DNA of 64,000 nt from an uncultured Chlorobiaceae bacterium (GTDB lineage Bacteria > Bacteroidota > Chlorobiia > Chlorobiales > Chlorobiaceae). Below the pieces are notes generated by a model. The model did no database searches. It was not told the DNA's origin and saw only the letters and a program-made list of their open reading frames with translations. Positions 40,111 through 50,268 of the stretch are shown piece by piece. Positions within the stretch are counted from its first letter, which is position 1. Every line of letters begins with the position of its first letter. The translations under genes were made by a program, and so were the position numbers. The stretch covers positions 56,444-120,443 of the forward strand of contig CAIPKT010000104.1 in assembly GCA_903865705.1 (NCBI GenBank), read 5' to 3'.

Positions 40111-41829
40111 ATGAAACAATCAAGCTTTATTGGTTCGTCGATGTTGTTGGCTTTCTCCCTACCGTTTTTTTCGCACTCTCTTCACGCAGCATTGCCTGAT
40201 GCCGGTTCTCTTCAGCGTGATATCGGCGACAGGCTTCTGGTTATTCCAAAAGCACAGCAGACCCCCTCCTTTGCTCCTCCCGACAGCAGCCGGATAACGG
40301 TAGCGCAAACCGCTCAAAAAATTGCCGTCAAGGGGTTTATCATCAAGGGCGCTACCCTATTCACTGAAGTTGAGCTTGCCAAAGAGCTGACTGGATATAT
40401 CGGCAAGGAGCTGTTGTTGCTGGATTTGCAACAAGCAGCAAAAAGGATCACCGCATATTATGCCCGTCGAGGATATCTGGCTGAGGCGCTGATTCCTGCC
40501 CAGGAGATCCATGACGGTGTTGTGGTGATTCAGGTCATCGAGGCAAAGCTTGGCTCGGTTAAGGTTACCGCGGCAGAAAATGTACGTTTCTCTCGACAGA
40601 GAGTAGCGGATATTGTTACCAGTGCGCAGCATACCGGTGAATTCATCCGTATCAGTGATCTGGAACGGGGACTTTTCCTGCTGCGGGATACCGTAGGTAT
40701 CCGTTCAGAAACCGTTATCAGGCCAGGCTCTCTTTTCGGAAACGTTGATGCCATGATTTCGCTTGCCCCCGGCCCATTGCTGACCGGCAGCGTTGCGTTC
40801 GATAACGACGGCGGCGTCTCGACCGGCGAATATCGCACCAATGCGTCGGTCAATATCAACAGTCCCCTGAAAATCGGTGACCGTCTGAGCCTTAAAGCGC
40901 TCTACTCGGAAGGCATTGATTACGGACGGGCCCTCTACACGATTCCTCTTGGTACGCACGGCCTCAAAGCAGGTTTTTCAGTCAGTTATCTTGACTATCG
41001 CCTTGGTGAAGATTTTGCATCACTTGACGCCACCGGCAGCTCCCTGACAGCCGGAGCTCTTGTCAGCATGCCCCTCATTCTGGGACGCCGCTCGAACCTG
41101 TACGGTGTTCTTGGCTATGATTACCGGCACTATATCGACGATCTCACGTCTAACCCTTTGAACGACAAAAACCTGCACTCCGGTTCGATCAATTTGGCAG
41201 GAGGCCTGTTCGATGACCTGCTCGGAGGTGGCTATACAACGGCAGGAACCACGGTTACCCTGGGCACTCTCGACCTGTCGCGCATCTCCGATGTCGAGTC
41301 GCTCGACCGTATAAGCGCCAATACGTCGGGCAGCTACCAGAAACTCAACCTGAGCCTGTCGAGAATCCAGCAACTGTTCGGCATCAGCACACGGCTTGTC
41401 GTCAGCATGGCCGGCCAGCTTGCCTCCAAAAACCTCGATCCCTCCGAAAAATTCATACTCGGAGGTCCAAACGGCGTGCGTGCCTATTCGACCAGTGAAG
41501 GAGCCGGCGATGAGGGCCTGCTTTTGGCTGCTGAACTCCGTCACTCTTTTTCATCCGCTGTGCAGCTTTTCGGGTTTTACGATTTCGGAATGATCAGGCA
41601 ATACGTCAATACATGGCCGGGATGGTCTACAGACGCAGGTACAGCAAACATCTACAGCATTGATGGTATCGGCATGGGGATACTTCTGACCCCGATGAAA
41701 GCATTGAGCATCAAGAGTTCCGTGGCGACTCGCCTGAAAATGAACCCGGCGGCGAATGCAGAGGGCAAGGATCATGACGGAACAAAACGCGAACCCCGGT
41801 TATGGATTGAAGCGTCGTATCTGTTTTAA
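40111..41829 (+). CDS. Two-partner secretion transporter TpsB (ShlB/FhaC/HecB family, Omp85 superfamily)
   Basis: Signal peptide, a POTRA region (VKGFIIKGATLFTEVEL...VIQVIEAKLGSV) and a C-terminal beta-barrel ending in ...IEASYLF. Confidence 0.9.
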   Translation: MKQSSFIGSSMLLAFSLPFFSHSLHAALPDAGSLQRDIGDRLLVIPKAQQTPSFAPPDSSRITVAQTAQKIAVKGFIIKGATLFTEVELAKELTGYIGKELLLLDLQQAAKRITAYYARRGYLAEALIPAQEIHDGVVVIQVIEAKLGSVKVTAAENVRFSRQRVADIVTSAQHTGEFIRISDLERGLFLLRDTVGIRSETVIRPGSLFGNVDAMISLAPGPLLTGSVAFDNDGGVSTGEYRTNASVNINSPLKIGDRLSLKALYSEGIDYGRALYTIPLGTHGLKAGFSVSYLDYRLGEDFASLDATGSSLTAGALVSMPLILGRRSNLYGVLGYDYRHYIDDLTSNPLNDKNLHSGSINLAGGLFDDLLGGGYTTAGTTVTLGTLDLSRISDVESLDRISANTSGSYQKLNLSLSRIQQLFGISTRLVVSMAGQLASKNLDPSEKFILGGPNGVRAYSTSEGAGDEGLLLAAELRHSFSSAVQLFGFYDFGMIRQYVNTWPGWSTDAGTANIYSIDGIGMGILLTPMKALSIKSSVATRLKMNPAANAEGKDHDGTKREPRLWIEASYLF

Positions 41830-41864
41830 CCGGATTATAGAGAGACTTCCTAAATGTTAGAGCC

Positions 41865-44800
41865 ATGAAAACACTCTATCGGTCAAAAAACTCGGCAAGG
41901 TCAATCCGGCGTTGTCGGCGAGCAACATCCATAGCGGTTGCAACCATCGCTATACTGTGGCGAACAAGCACTCTTTCGGCGGCCAATCTCCCCCTGGACG
42001 GTGAACTTCCATCGGGAGAAAAGGTGGTTTCCGGCCAGGCATCAGTCATCCGTACAGGATCGGCAATGGAGGTGCGCCAGACAACAGAGCGTGCCATTCT
42101 GAACTGGCAGAGCTTCAACATCGGTTCTGCAGCACGGGTCGATTTCCTCCAGCCGGGCACCCGGTCGGCAGCGCTGAACCGCGTTCTCAGTGCTGATCCA
42201 TCGGGTATCTACGGCACATTGACGGCAAACGGCAGGGTGTTTCTGGTGAACCCCTCCGGCATCATCTTCGGCAAGGGATCGGGTGTCAATGTAGGCTCTC
42301 TTGTGGCCTCCACCATGGCAATCAGCGACGAGGATTTCAACGCCGGCAACTACCGTTTCCAGCGAAACGGCTCGACAGCCTCGATCCTCAACCAGGGAAC
42401 GATACAGGCGGCAGAGGGCGGCCTTGTGGCCCTCCTTGGTACCGATCTGCAGAATGACGGAGTGATTGAAGCGAGGCTTGGCAGCGTCATCCTTGCCACG
42501 GGCGAAGCCGCCACACTCACCCTTGGCAGCGACAACCTCTACAGCGTGGCCGTCGACCCGGCAACCGTGGCAACACTGATCGACAACAAGGGAATTATCC
42601 AGACGGACGGGGGCTCGGTGTTGATGAAAGCATCCGTTGCCGGAGATCTCGTCAGCTCAGCCATCAACACCTCCGGAGTGGTGCGGGCATCAACTCTCGC
42701 AGAACGCAACGGCGCCATCGTACTCGACGGCGCCACCCTCATCCAGAGCGGCACACTCACTGCCGGCCGCTCGGTCACCCTCGACGCCACCGGTGCGCTC
42801 ATCGACACCGGCACCATCTCGGCCGGCGACGGCACAAATGGCGGCACAATCTCCGCCAACCTGAAAAACCTCATCGCCGCAGGCTCGTGGAACGCCAGCG
42901 GCACCGAGACCGGCGGCACCATTACCCTCAACGCCACCGGCTCCATCGAGCAGGTGCATGCATCAAGCTTCACTGCTGACGGCGGCAGATCGGGCGGCTC
43001 CATCACCCTCAACGCAGGCGAAAGCCTCTACCTCTCCGGTGCCTTCAGCGCAAACAGCGCAACAGGTCAGGGCGGGAACATCTCCGTCACAGCCCCATCA
43101 GTAACCATCGCCGGAGCGCAGCTACATGCCGACGGCGGAACCGGCGGCGGACGCATCCGCATCGGCGGCGGCTGGCAGGGCAACGACAGCGAAATCCTTA
43201 ACGCCACGACCACCGTCGTAACACGTCCAAGCCTCATCTCGGCAAGCGCCACCAGAGAGGGCAACGGCGGCAGTGTGGTGGTCTGGTCCGAATCCTCCAC
43301 CGCCATGGCAGGCCACATCGCATCCGACGGCGGCAGAGAGGCCGGCTACGGCGGCCAGATCGAAGTATCGAGCCACGACCTCCTCACCTGGGCGGGCACT
43401 ATCTCAACCGCCGCACCAAACGGCACCCCCGGCTCAGTCCTCTTCGACCCAAAGAACATCACCATCGACGCCTCAGGCACCGCCGCCCCCTTCACCGTCA
43501 TCCCCCTCACCTATGCCAACCCTGCAGCAGGTGACCAGCATGGATCGGGAGAAGTCATCGAACTCTCCAGCGGTAACATAATTGTCGCAAGTCCTTCCGA
43601 CGACGGTGTTGCTACCGATGCCGGAGCAGTGCGACTCTACAAGCCCGACGGCACGCTGCTCTCGACGCTGACCGGCTCAACTTTTGGTGATAGTGTAGGG
43701 AAAGACGTGATTGCGCTAACCGGCAATGGCAATGCGGTCGTTTATATGCCCTATTGGAATAATGTTGGCGTCCACGACTCATATTTCGGTGCTGCGACCT
43801 GGATCAACGGCGCCACAGGTGTCAACGGCGTGGTCTCCTCCTCGAACAGCCTTGTCGGCTCACAGGCAAACGATCAGGTCGGCACCACCTTGACCGCCCT
43901 GACAAACGGCAACTACGTGGTCGGTTCACAATACTGGAATAACGGCACTATTGCCCAGGCCGGTGCGGTGACATGGGGGGACGGAAGCTCTAACGGCACA
44001 AGGCTGACGGGCACCATCTCCTCCACCAACAGCCTTGTCGGCTCACAGGCAAGCGATAATGTCGGCTACTTCGTTACCGCACTAACCAACGGAAACTACG
44101 TGGTCGGTTCACCATACTGGAACAACGGGACAGTGACCGATGCCGGTGCCGCGACCTGGGGGGACGGGAGCTTGAGCGGCACAAGGCTGACGGGCACCAT
44201 CTCCTCATCCAACAGCCTTGTCGGCTCACAGGCAAACGATCGGGTCGGCGGCTATAACCTCGGTGATAACTTCGTTACCGCGCTGACCAACGGAAACTAC
44301 GTGGTCGGTTCACCATACTGGGACAACGGGACAGTGACCGATGCCGGTGCGGTGACATGGGGGGACGGGAGCTTGAGCGGCACAAGGCTGACGGGCACCA
44401 TCTCCTCATCCAACAGCCTTGTTGGCTCACAGGTAAACGATCGGGTCGGCAGCTACTCCATAGGTTCCAATTACTACAACAACCTTACCGCACTGACCAA
44501 CGGAAACTATGTGGTCGGTTCACCATACTGGGACAACGGGACAGTGACCAATGCCGGAGCGGTGACATGGGGGGACGGAAGCTCTAACGGCACGAGACTG
44601 GTGGGCACCATCTCCTCCACCAACAGCCTTGTCGGCTCACAGGCAAACGATCAGGTCGGCTACTTCGTTACCGCACTAACCAACGGAAACTATGTGGTCG
44701 GTTCACCATACTGGAGCAACGGCACTGCTGCCGCTGCCGGCGCCGTAACCTGGGGGGATGGAAGCTCTACCGGCACGAGACTGGTGGGCACCATCTCCTC

Positions 44801-46325
44801 CTCCAACAGCCTTGTCGGCTCACAGACAAATGATTGGGTCGGTAGCTTCTTCGATAGGTTTGGCCACTACGTGACCGCACTTAGCAACGGAAACTACGTG
44901 GTCGCCTCGGCGAGTTGGCACAACGGGACAGTGACCGATGCCGGTGCGGTGACATGGGGGGACGGAAGCTCTACCGGCACGAGACTGGTGGGCACCGTCT
45001 CCTCCGCCAACAGCTTCGTCGGCTCACAAGCATACGATCGGGTCGGATTTTATCAAGATTATATTTATTTGACCAGAACAAGTGCCATTATAGAACTCAC
45101 GGTCGGCAACATGGCGGGCAGCTTCGTTGTTGCATCAGACTTCTGGTCGAACAAAACCGGCAGGGTGGATATCCTGACGCCAGTCAGTTTGTCCGACGGA
45201 TACGCTACCGCTGCCGGATCGGACTACACCTTCACCCCGTCGCAACTGACCGATCTTTTGAACACCGGCACCAGTGTGGTGTTGCATGCAAACAACGATA
45301 TCACGGTGAACTCGGCCATCACCGCAAGCAACCAAAACGGCAACGGGGGGGCGCTGTCGCTCTATGCCGGGCGGAGCATCCTCCTCAACGGTTCAATCAC
45401 CACCGACAACGGCAACATGACCCTTGTGGCGAACGACAACACGTCGAACGGCGTGGTGGATGCCTATCGCCTCACCGGCCCTGCAGCAATCACCATGGCA
45501 ACCGGCACCGCCATCAATGCCGGCACGGGCAACGTATCGATGGATCTTCGGCCGGGCACCGGCAAAACCTACTTCACAAGTGGCGACATCACCCTCAGCA
45601 ACATCACAGCAGGGCTGATCAGCGCGGTCAACAGCGGCGCAACGGCTGGTTCAGGCATCACCCTCAACGGAGTACTGAGCGCAACGGGTAGCGGTACCGC
45701 GATTGAGCTTGCCGGCATGGAGTTCATCAACAACAGTGGCAGTTCAGCCCTCTCCACCCTCAACGGCCGATGGCTGGTCTGGTCACTTAATCCGGCAAGT
45801 GACACCATCGGCGGCTTGGCCTACGACTTCAAGCAGTACAACGCAAACTACGGAAGCAGCACAGTGCTCGGCGCCGGCAACGGGTTCCTCTATACCCTGG
45901 CGCCGGTCATCACCGTTTCTCTGACCGGAACAGTCAGCAAACCCTACGACAGCTTCCGGAGCGCTACGATGCTTCCCGCCAACTACTCATTTGTTGGCGA
46001 TATCCCCGGCGATACGGTTATCCTGAACAATCCATCTGCCGGCACCTACGATAACAAGAGCGTTGGAACCGGCAAAAGCATTACCGTAGGCGGCGTTGCA
46101 ATCGCATCGGCATCGAAAGGCTCTGTAGCTGTTTACGGCTACCAGCTTGCATCCACATCCGTCAACGGCAATATCGGCACTATTTACCCGACGGCAAATG
46201 CAGGGAGTATCTCGAACGAAGTGATGCAGAACAGCTGGCGAACCAGTTTCACTCTTAATGATGAACAATTGCTTGGCGAAACGTTGAAGATAACATACAT
46301 CCCCTTCAGCACGGTTATTCTTTAA
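41865..46325 (+). CDS. Two-partner secretion exoprotein TpsA (filamentous-haemagglutinin-type) with an internal FG-GAP-like repeat array
   Basis: N-terminal TPS domain (ILNWQSFNIG, LNRVL, VFLVNPSGIIFG), Gly/Thr/Ser-rich beta-helix-type sequence, a repeat block, and a C-terminal YDNKSVGTGK / GYQLAS segment (MBG-like). G+C-rich. Confidence 0.9.
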   Translation: MKTLYRSKNSARSIRRCRRATSIAVATIAILWRTSTLSAANLPLDGELPSGEKVVSGQASVIRTGSAMEVRQTTERAILNWQSFNIGSAARVDFLQPGTRSAALNRVLSADPSGIYGTLTANGRVFLVNPSGIIFGKGSGVNVGSLVASTMAISDEDFNAGNYRFQRNGSTASILNQGTIQAAEGGLVALLGTDLQNDGVIEARLGSVILATGEAATLTLGSDNLYSVAVDPATVATLIDNKGIIQTDGGSVLMKASVAGDLVSSAINTSGVVRASTLAERNGAIVLDGATLIQSGTLTAGRSVTLDATGALIDTGTISAGDGTNGGTISANLKNLIAAGSWNASGTETGGTITLNATGSIEQVHASSFTADGGRSGGSITLNAGESLYLSGAFSANSATGQGGNISVTAPSVTIAGAQLHADGGTGGGRIRIGGGWQGNDSEILNATTTVVTRPSLISASATREGNGGSVVVWSESSTAMAGHIASDGGREAGYGGQIEVSSHDLLTWAGTISTAAPNGTPGSVLFDPKNITIDASGTAAPFTVIPLTYANPAAGDQHGSGEVIELSSGNIIVASPSDDGVATDAGAVRLYKPDGTLLSTLTGSTFGDSVGKDVIALTGNGNAVVYMPYWNNVGVHDSYFGAATWINGATGVNGVVSSSNSLVGSQANDQVGTTLTALTNGNYVVGSQYWNNGTIAQAGAVTWGDGSSNGTRLTGTISSTNSLVGSQASDNVGYFVTALTNGNYVVGSPYWNNGTVTDAGAATWGDGSLSGTRLTGTISSSNSLVGSQANDRVGGYNLGDNFVTALTNGNYVVGSPYWDNGTVTDAGAVTWGDGSLSGTRLTGTISSSNSLVGSQVNDRVGSYSIGSNYYNNLTALTNGNYVVGSPYWDNGTVTNAGAVTWGDGSSNGTRLVGTISSTNSLVGSQANDQVGYFVTALTNGNYVVGSPYWSNGTAAAAGAVTWGDGSSTGTRLVGTISSSNSLVGSQTNDWVGSFFDRFGHYVTALSNGNYVVASASWHNGTVTDAGAVTWGDGSSTGTRLVGTVSSANSFVGSQAYDRVGFYQDYIYLTRTSAIIELTVGNMAGSFVVASDFWSNKTGRVDILTPVSLSDGYATAAGSDYTFTPSQLTDLLNTGTSVVLHANNDITVNSAITASNQNGNGGALSLYAGRSILLNGSITTDNGNMTLVANDNTSNGVVDAYRLTGPAAITMATGTAINAGTGNVSMDLRPGTGKTYFTSGDITLSNITAGLISAVNSGATAGSGITLNGVLSATGSGTAIELAGMEFINNSGSSALSTLNGRWLVWSLNPASDTIGGLAYDFKQYNANYGSSTVLGAGNGFLYTLAPVITVSLTGTVSKPYDSFRSATMLPANYSFVGDIPGDTVILNNPSAGTYDNKSVGTGKSITVGGVAIASASKGSVAVYGYQLASTSVNGNIGTIYPTANAGSISNEVMQNSWRTSFTLNDEQLLGETLKITYIPFSTVIL
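43548..45180 (+). repeat. About nine tandem ~60-70-codon repeats inside tpsA
   Basis: Consensus (V)TALTNGNYVVGSPYWNNGTVTDAGAVTWGDGSSNGTRLTGTISSSNSLVGSQANDRVG. Long DNA strings recur, for example aacagccttgtcggctcacaggcaaacgatc and accaacggaaactacgtggtcggttcaccatactgg. Confidence 0.9.
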
Positions 46326-46530
46326 CTAAGAGCAGAACGCTGCAGCTGAGATAGCAATGAATCGCCGAATAAGGAGGATATGTGTATTAACAGAAAGAGA
46401 ACCTGATAATTCCTGAACGACATAACTCTTAGATGATTTCATCGAAAACCGCAACTATTCCATAAACTTTTATGTTATTAATACAGGACAATAAGAGTCC
46501 TGCATTTTAGAATCATAACATTATAACATC

Positions 46531-47139
46531 ATGAATATCACGATTAATAATCATCAGTATGAGGCGAACAAGGGTGATAGGTTACTTGATATTGCTCGTT
46601 TGAATCACGCCCATATAGGATACTTCTGCGGGGGAAACGGTATTTGTCAAACCTGCTATGTCACGGTTCTTGAAGGAAATGATCTGCTCTCGCCGCTCAG
46701 TGATGAGGAGAAAGCACTTCTTTCTGACAACCTTATAACAGAGGGAACAAGAATGGCTTGCTTGGCTACTGTTGAAAAACCTGGGGTGATAAGGATCATC
46801 TCAGCAGTGGAAGAGGTAAAGCAAATGCTTGAAACCAATCCGCTGCAATTGGTAGGATATGCTGCCAAAATGGGAATGGAGTCGCTTGTAAAGTTTCCAG
46901 ATACCGTGCGTTTGCAGTCGAAAAGGGAGTTTGATTTGTGGCAGCTCTTTAAAGACGTTATCGACGGAATCGGAGATGCATTGCAGCTTGTAGTCCAGGC
47001 GTTTACCTCTCCGCTTTCAGATAAAACCGAAGAGAAGAGAACAGTGAATCCCAAACTTTTTACGCACGTACCAAATACCGGTGAACAATCAGGCAGCAGT
47101 AACACTCGAAAGGTAACGTCCACAACTATTGCCGCATAA
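46531..47139 (+). CDS. Plant-type [2Fe-2S] ferredoxin-domain protein with a ~110-aa C-terminal extension
   Basis: [12 protein letters not shown]...MACL cysteine pattern in the first ~90 aa. Confidence 0.7.
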   Translation: MNITINNHQYEANKGDRLLDIARLNHAHIGYFCGGNGICQTCYVTVLEGNDLLSPLSDEEKALLSDNLITEGTRMACLATVEKPGVIRIISAVEEVKQMLETNPLQLVGYAAKMGMESLVKFPDTVRLQSKREFDLWQLFKDVIDGIGDALQLVVQAFTSPLSDKTEEKRTVNPKLFTHVPNTGEQSGSSNTRKVTSTTIAA

Positions 47140-47425
47140 GAATCGGGTTCAATTTCTTGAATGAGTTGCGGCCTCAATCCAACCCTCTGGTTATGATCAG
47201 GATAAGAGAGGTTTGATTGAGGCAGCAGCAAATTTTTGTATATTTAAAGCGGCAACAATGCCAATTACGGGGTTACTAAACGGTGAAGCCGCTTTTACCT
47301 TTTTTTGATCGGACAGAAACGAAAACCATGAACTCCTTATGGGGTATTCTTCTGATATAGGAAATGTCGAGTTTGAGCTTGGCGCCAAAACCCTTGAGCG
47401 CTGGCTGATAAAGCCTGAAAAAACA

Positions 47426-48559
47426 ATGGAGGTTGTTCTTGGCATTCCCAAAGAACGGGCTCAGGATGAACGCAGGGTAGCTATTTCACCCGCTGGTGTA
47501 CAAATACTTGTTGAGCAGGGAATCAAGGTTATTATTGAAAAATCTGCAGGTCATTTCTGCAACTTCAAGGATCTCGATTACGGTGAAGCGGGAGCCACCA
47601 TTGCTGAGTCACCCGAAGAGCTCTACCAGCAATCCAACGTCATCGTCAAGGTATCTCCCCCTCAGCCTGAAGAGCTTCCGCTTTTTATGCCTGGCCAGAT
47701 GCTTATCTCAGCTCTCCATCTCGGAACGGTTACTCCCGATCTGATAAACACCCTGATTGAGAAAAACATTACTGCCCTCGGATTTGAATTTATCGAAACA
47801 AGGGATGGTGAACTGCCGATTGTCAGAACACTGAGCGAAATCGCAGGTTCTCTGGCCATACAGACAGCAGCTAAATACCTTGAAACCGGGTATGGGGGCA
47901 GCGGCATTCTCCTTGGTGGCATTGCCGGTGTTCCGCCTGCATGGGTCACCATTATCGGAGCGGGAACAGTCGGGCTTTTTGCCGCGCAGGATGCACTCGG
48001 GCTTGGTGCGCAGGTAACCGTTATCGATAAGGAGATCAACCGGCTGCGGCGGTTCGAGGCATTTTTTAACCGCCATCTTGTCACGGCTATCGCCAACGAT
48101 CATTACATTGCTGAACTTGCAAAGATGTCGGACGTGCTGATTGGCGCCCTGAGCCCAAGACAGAAAATCATCAAACCACTGGTCAGCGAACAGGTGGTAA
48201 AATCCATGAAACCCGGTTCGGTTATTATTGATGTTTCTATTGATCAGGGACCCTGCTTTGCTACCAGCCGCCATACCTCCCATACCAATCCGATTTATGT
48301 GAAGCACGGAGTTACCCATTACTGCGTTCCGAACATTCCTTCAGCCGTAGCTAAAACAGCCTCTTTCGCCCTGACCAATACCCTCCTGCCCTTTCTTTTG
48401 AAACTGACGGGACATGAGACTATTTCAGATATTCTCTGGAAAAGCCACAGTCTGAGAAGAGGAACCTACATTTTCAAAGGCTACGTCACCAAGAAAATTC
48501 TTGCCGAACTGACCGATGCTCCCTTCAGGGAGATCGATATGCTGCTTGCGGCCTCCTGA
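47426..48559 (+). CDS. ald: Alanine dehydrogenase family protein
   Basis: Start MEVVLGIPKERAQDERRVAISPAGV, with IIGAGTVGLFAA as the Rossmann motif. The track's 29-aa extension was rejected. Confidence 0.8.
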   Translation: MEVVLGIPKERAQDERRVAISPAGVQILVEQGIKVIIEKSAGHFCNFKDLDYGEAGATIAESPEELYQQSNVIVKVSPPQPEELPLFMPGQMLISALHLGTVTPDLINTLIEKNITALGFEFIETRDGELPIVRTLSEIAGSLAIQTAAKYLETGYGGSGILLGGIAGVPPAWVTIIGAGTVGLFAAQDALGLGAQVTVIDKEINRLRRFEAFFNRHLVTAIANDHYIAELAKMSDVLIGALSPRQKIIKPLVSEQVVKSMKPGSVIIDVSIDQGPCFATSRHTSHTNPIYVKHGVTHYCVPNIPSAVAKTASFALTNTLLPFLLKLTGHETISDILWKSHSLRRGTYIFKGYVTKKILAELTDAPFREIDMLLAAS

Positions 48560-48568
48560 AGCAGCGGG

Positions 48569-50092
48569 CTACAGGAGTTCATCAAGCGGCTTGCCAAATT
48601 TCCTCGCAATATAGGATGCGCAAGATACTCCGGAATAGGTGACGGCGATGACGCCCTGACCAGGAAAGGTACTGTCGCCTGCGGCAAACAAATTTTTTAT
48701 CGGCGTCGTGTTCTGTGGTTTCTGCAAGATATTTTGACCAGACTTAAGCAAAGGTCCATAAGATCCTTTGAAGCGATTGAGATAACGCTCATGGGTCAGC
48801 GGTGTAGCAAGCACTTTCAGTTCGACAGCCTTCGACAAGCCGGGCAGAATCCTTTCCGTCCGCGAAATAACCGTTGCGGCCAGCGCCTCTTTTGCTGCAA
48901 GGTACGAGCTGCTTCCCCTCTCTAAATGCTGCCACTCATCCACCTCTCCGGTAACGAATGCGTGAACAATATGCTTTCCCGGAGGAGCCAGAGATGGGTC
49001 AAGAATAGTTGGAGCTGAAAAATAGATGGTTCCGCCGGTTTTGTTATAGCTCTTCCAGTCATCGACAAGAATATGGTGCACATGAAATCCTTCTGGAATA
49101 ACTGAGGCATCAACGCCGAGAAAAAGCTGAAACCAGCTCGTTGCTCTCAAAAACTTCTTTTCATCCACCCTGTAGCGTTCATCAGTGATAAGGCGGTTAA
49201 AGGTATCCCATACGGTGGCATTGCTGATAACTGCCTTTGCATAATACTCTGTGCCATCGGCAAGCCTGACGCCACGCGCTTCCCCGTTGTCAACCAGAAT
49301 CTCTGTAACCTCCGACTGATAACGGATACGGCCGCCAAACTTCTCGATTCCTTTGCACAACGCTTCCGGAATGGCGCCGGAACCACCAACCGGATAGTTA
49401 ATACCGCCAAAATGGCGATCAGCAAGGCAGATTCCAGCATTGACCAGAGGTGTTGCAACGGCATCCTGCACCGCCCAGGAGTAAGCCTCGATATCAATAA
49501 AGTGAAGAAGCTCCTCATCATGAATGTACCTTCTGGCGGTTTTGCCCATCGAACGGAAGCTTTTGAGGGCAAGCGCAAAGGTATTGAGCGGATTTGCTAT
49601 ACCGACTGAAAGCAGATGCGACACATCCTCAAGTGAGCCTGCAGGCATGGAGCTGAGTATTTCATAGACCTCTGTGAGTTCACGATAAAAGGATTTTATA
49701 CCTTCAGCTTCATGCGGAAAGCGGGCAATAAGAGTATCCAGAAATGTATGCTGATCATAGTAAACCGGTACGGAAAAACCGTTTGGCAAGTGATAATGAA
49801 TCTGAATGGGGTCAGGAATAGTGCGAACCTCAACGCCAAGCTTTCTGAAAATTCTTGTATGCAGGTTCAAGGTGCCGCTTGTGCTGTTGTCGCCAAAACC
49901 ATAAAAAACCGACGCACCAGCATCAAACCTATAACCCTCCCGCTGGAAAGAAGAGCAACTTCCACCCGGATAACGATTCTTCTCGAAAACAAGCGTTGAA
50001 ATCCCCCGTTCCTGAAGAAGCGCTGCGGCAGTAAGTCCACCAATTCCAGAGCCGATAACAATAACATCAGCCGATTCATTAATAGAAGACAT
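48569..50092 (-). CDS. crtH: Phytoene-desaturase-family FAD oxidoreductase, CrtH-type carotenoid cis-trans isomerase
   Basis: DVIVIGSGIGGLTAAALL...PGGSCSSFQREGYRFDAGASVFYGFGD closely resembles the cyanobacterial/Chlorobi CrtH N-terminus as recalled. Confidence 0.7.
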   Translation of the reverse strand: MSSINESADVIVIGSGIGGLTAAALLQERGISTLVFEKNRYPGGSCSSFQREGYRFDAGASVFYGFGDNSTSGTLNLHTRIFRKLGVEVRTIPDPIQIHYHLPNGFSVPVYYDQHTFLDTLIARFPHEAEGIKSFYRELTEVYEILSSMPAGSLEDVSHLLSVGIANPLNTFALALKSFRSMGKTARRYIHDEELLHFIDIEAYSWAVQDAVATPLVNAGICLADRHFGGINYPVGGSGAIPEALCKGIEKFGGRIRYQSEVTEILVDNGEARGVRLADGTEYYAKAVISNATVWDTFNRLITDERYRVDEKKFLRATSWFQLFLGVDASVIPEGFHVHHILVDDWKSYNKTGGTIYFSAPTILDPSLAPPGKHIVHAFVTGEVDEWQHLERGSSSYLAAKEALAATVISRTERILPGLSKAVELKVLATPLTHERYLNRFKGSYGPLLKSGQNILQKPQNTTPIKNLFAAGDSTFPGQGVIAVTYSGVSCASYIARKFGKPLDELL

Positions 50093-50192
50093 GTTTTTGG
50101 ATTTTTTGCAGAAGTTCAGAAAAGCCTTAAAGTATATTACACATGTTTTTGGATTTTTTGCAGAAGTTCAGAAAAGCCTTAAAGTATATTGC
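50089..50192. repeat. Tandem 52-bp direct duplication (51 of 52 positions identical)
   Basis: acatgtttttggattttttgcagaagttcagaaaagccttaaagtatatt(a/g)c occurs at 50089-50140 and 50141-50192. Copy 1 contains the crtH start codon (50092..50090). Confidence 0.95.
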
Positions 50193-50268
50193 TTTAAATT
50201 GATTATTTTATCACTAAGATTTTCGCATATGCATTTCAACTCTATTTGAACCCGGAAGATTTCAGCTC

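Noticed and set aside
41876-45808. Many 60-260-aa ORFs in alternative frames and on the opposite strand within tpsA (for example 44915-45691, 42539-43012, 43273-43581)
   Set aside because: They are by-products of high G+C and repetitive sequence. Their translations are Arg/Pro/Gly/Ala-rich, whereas the tpsA frame carries the TPS domain and coherent repeats.
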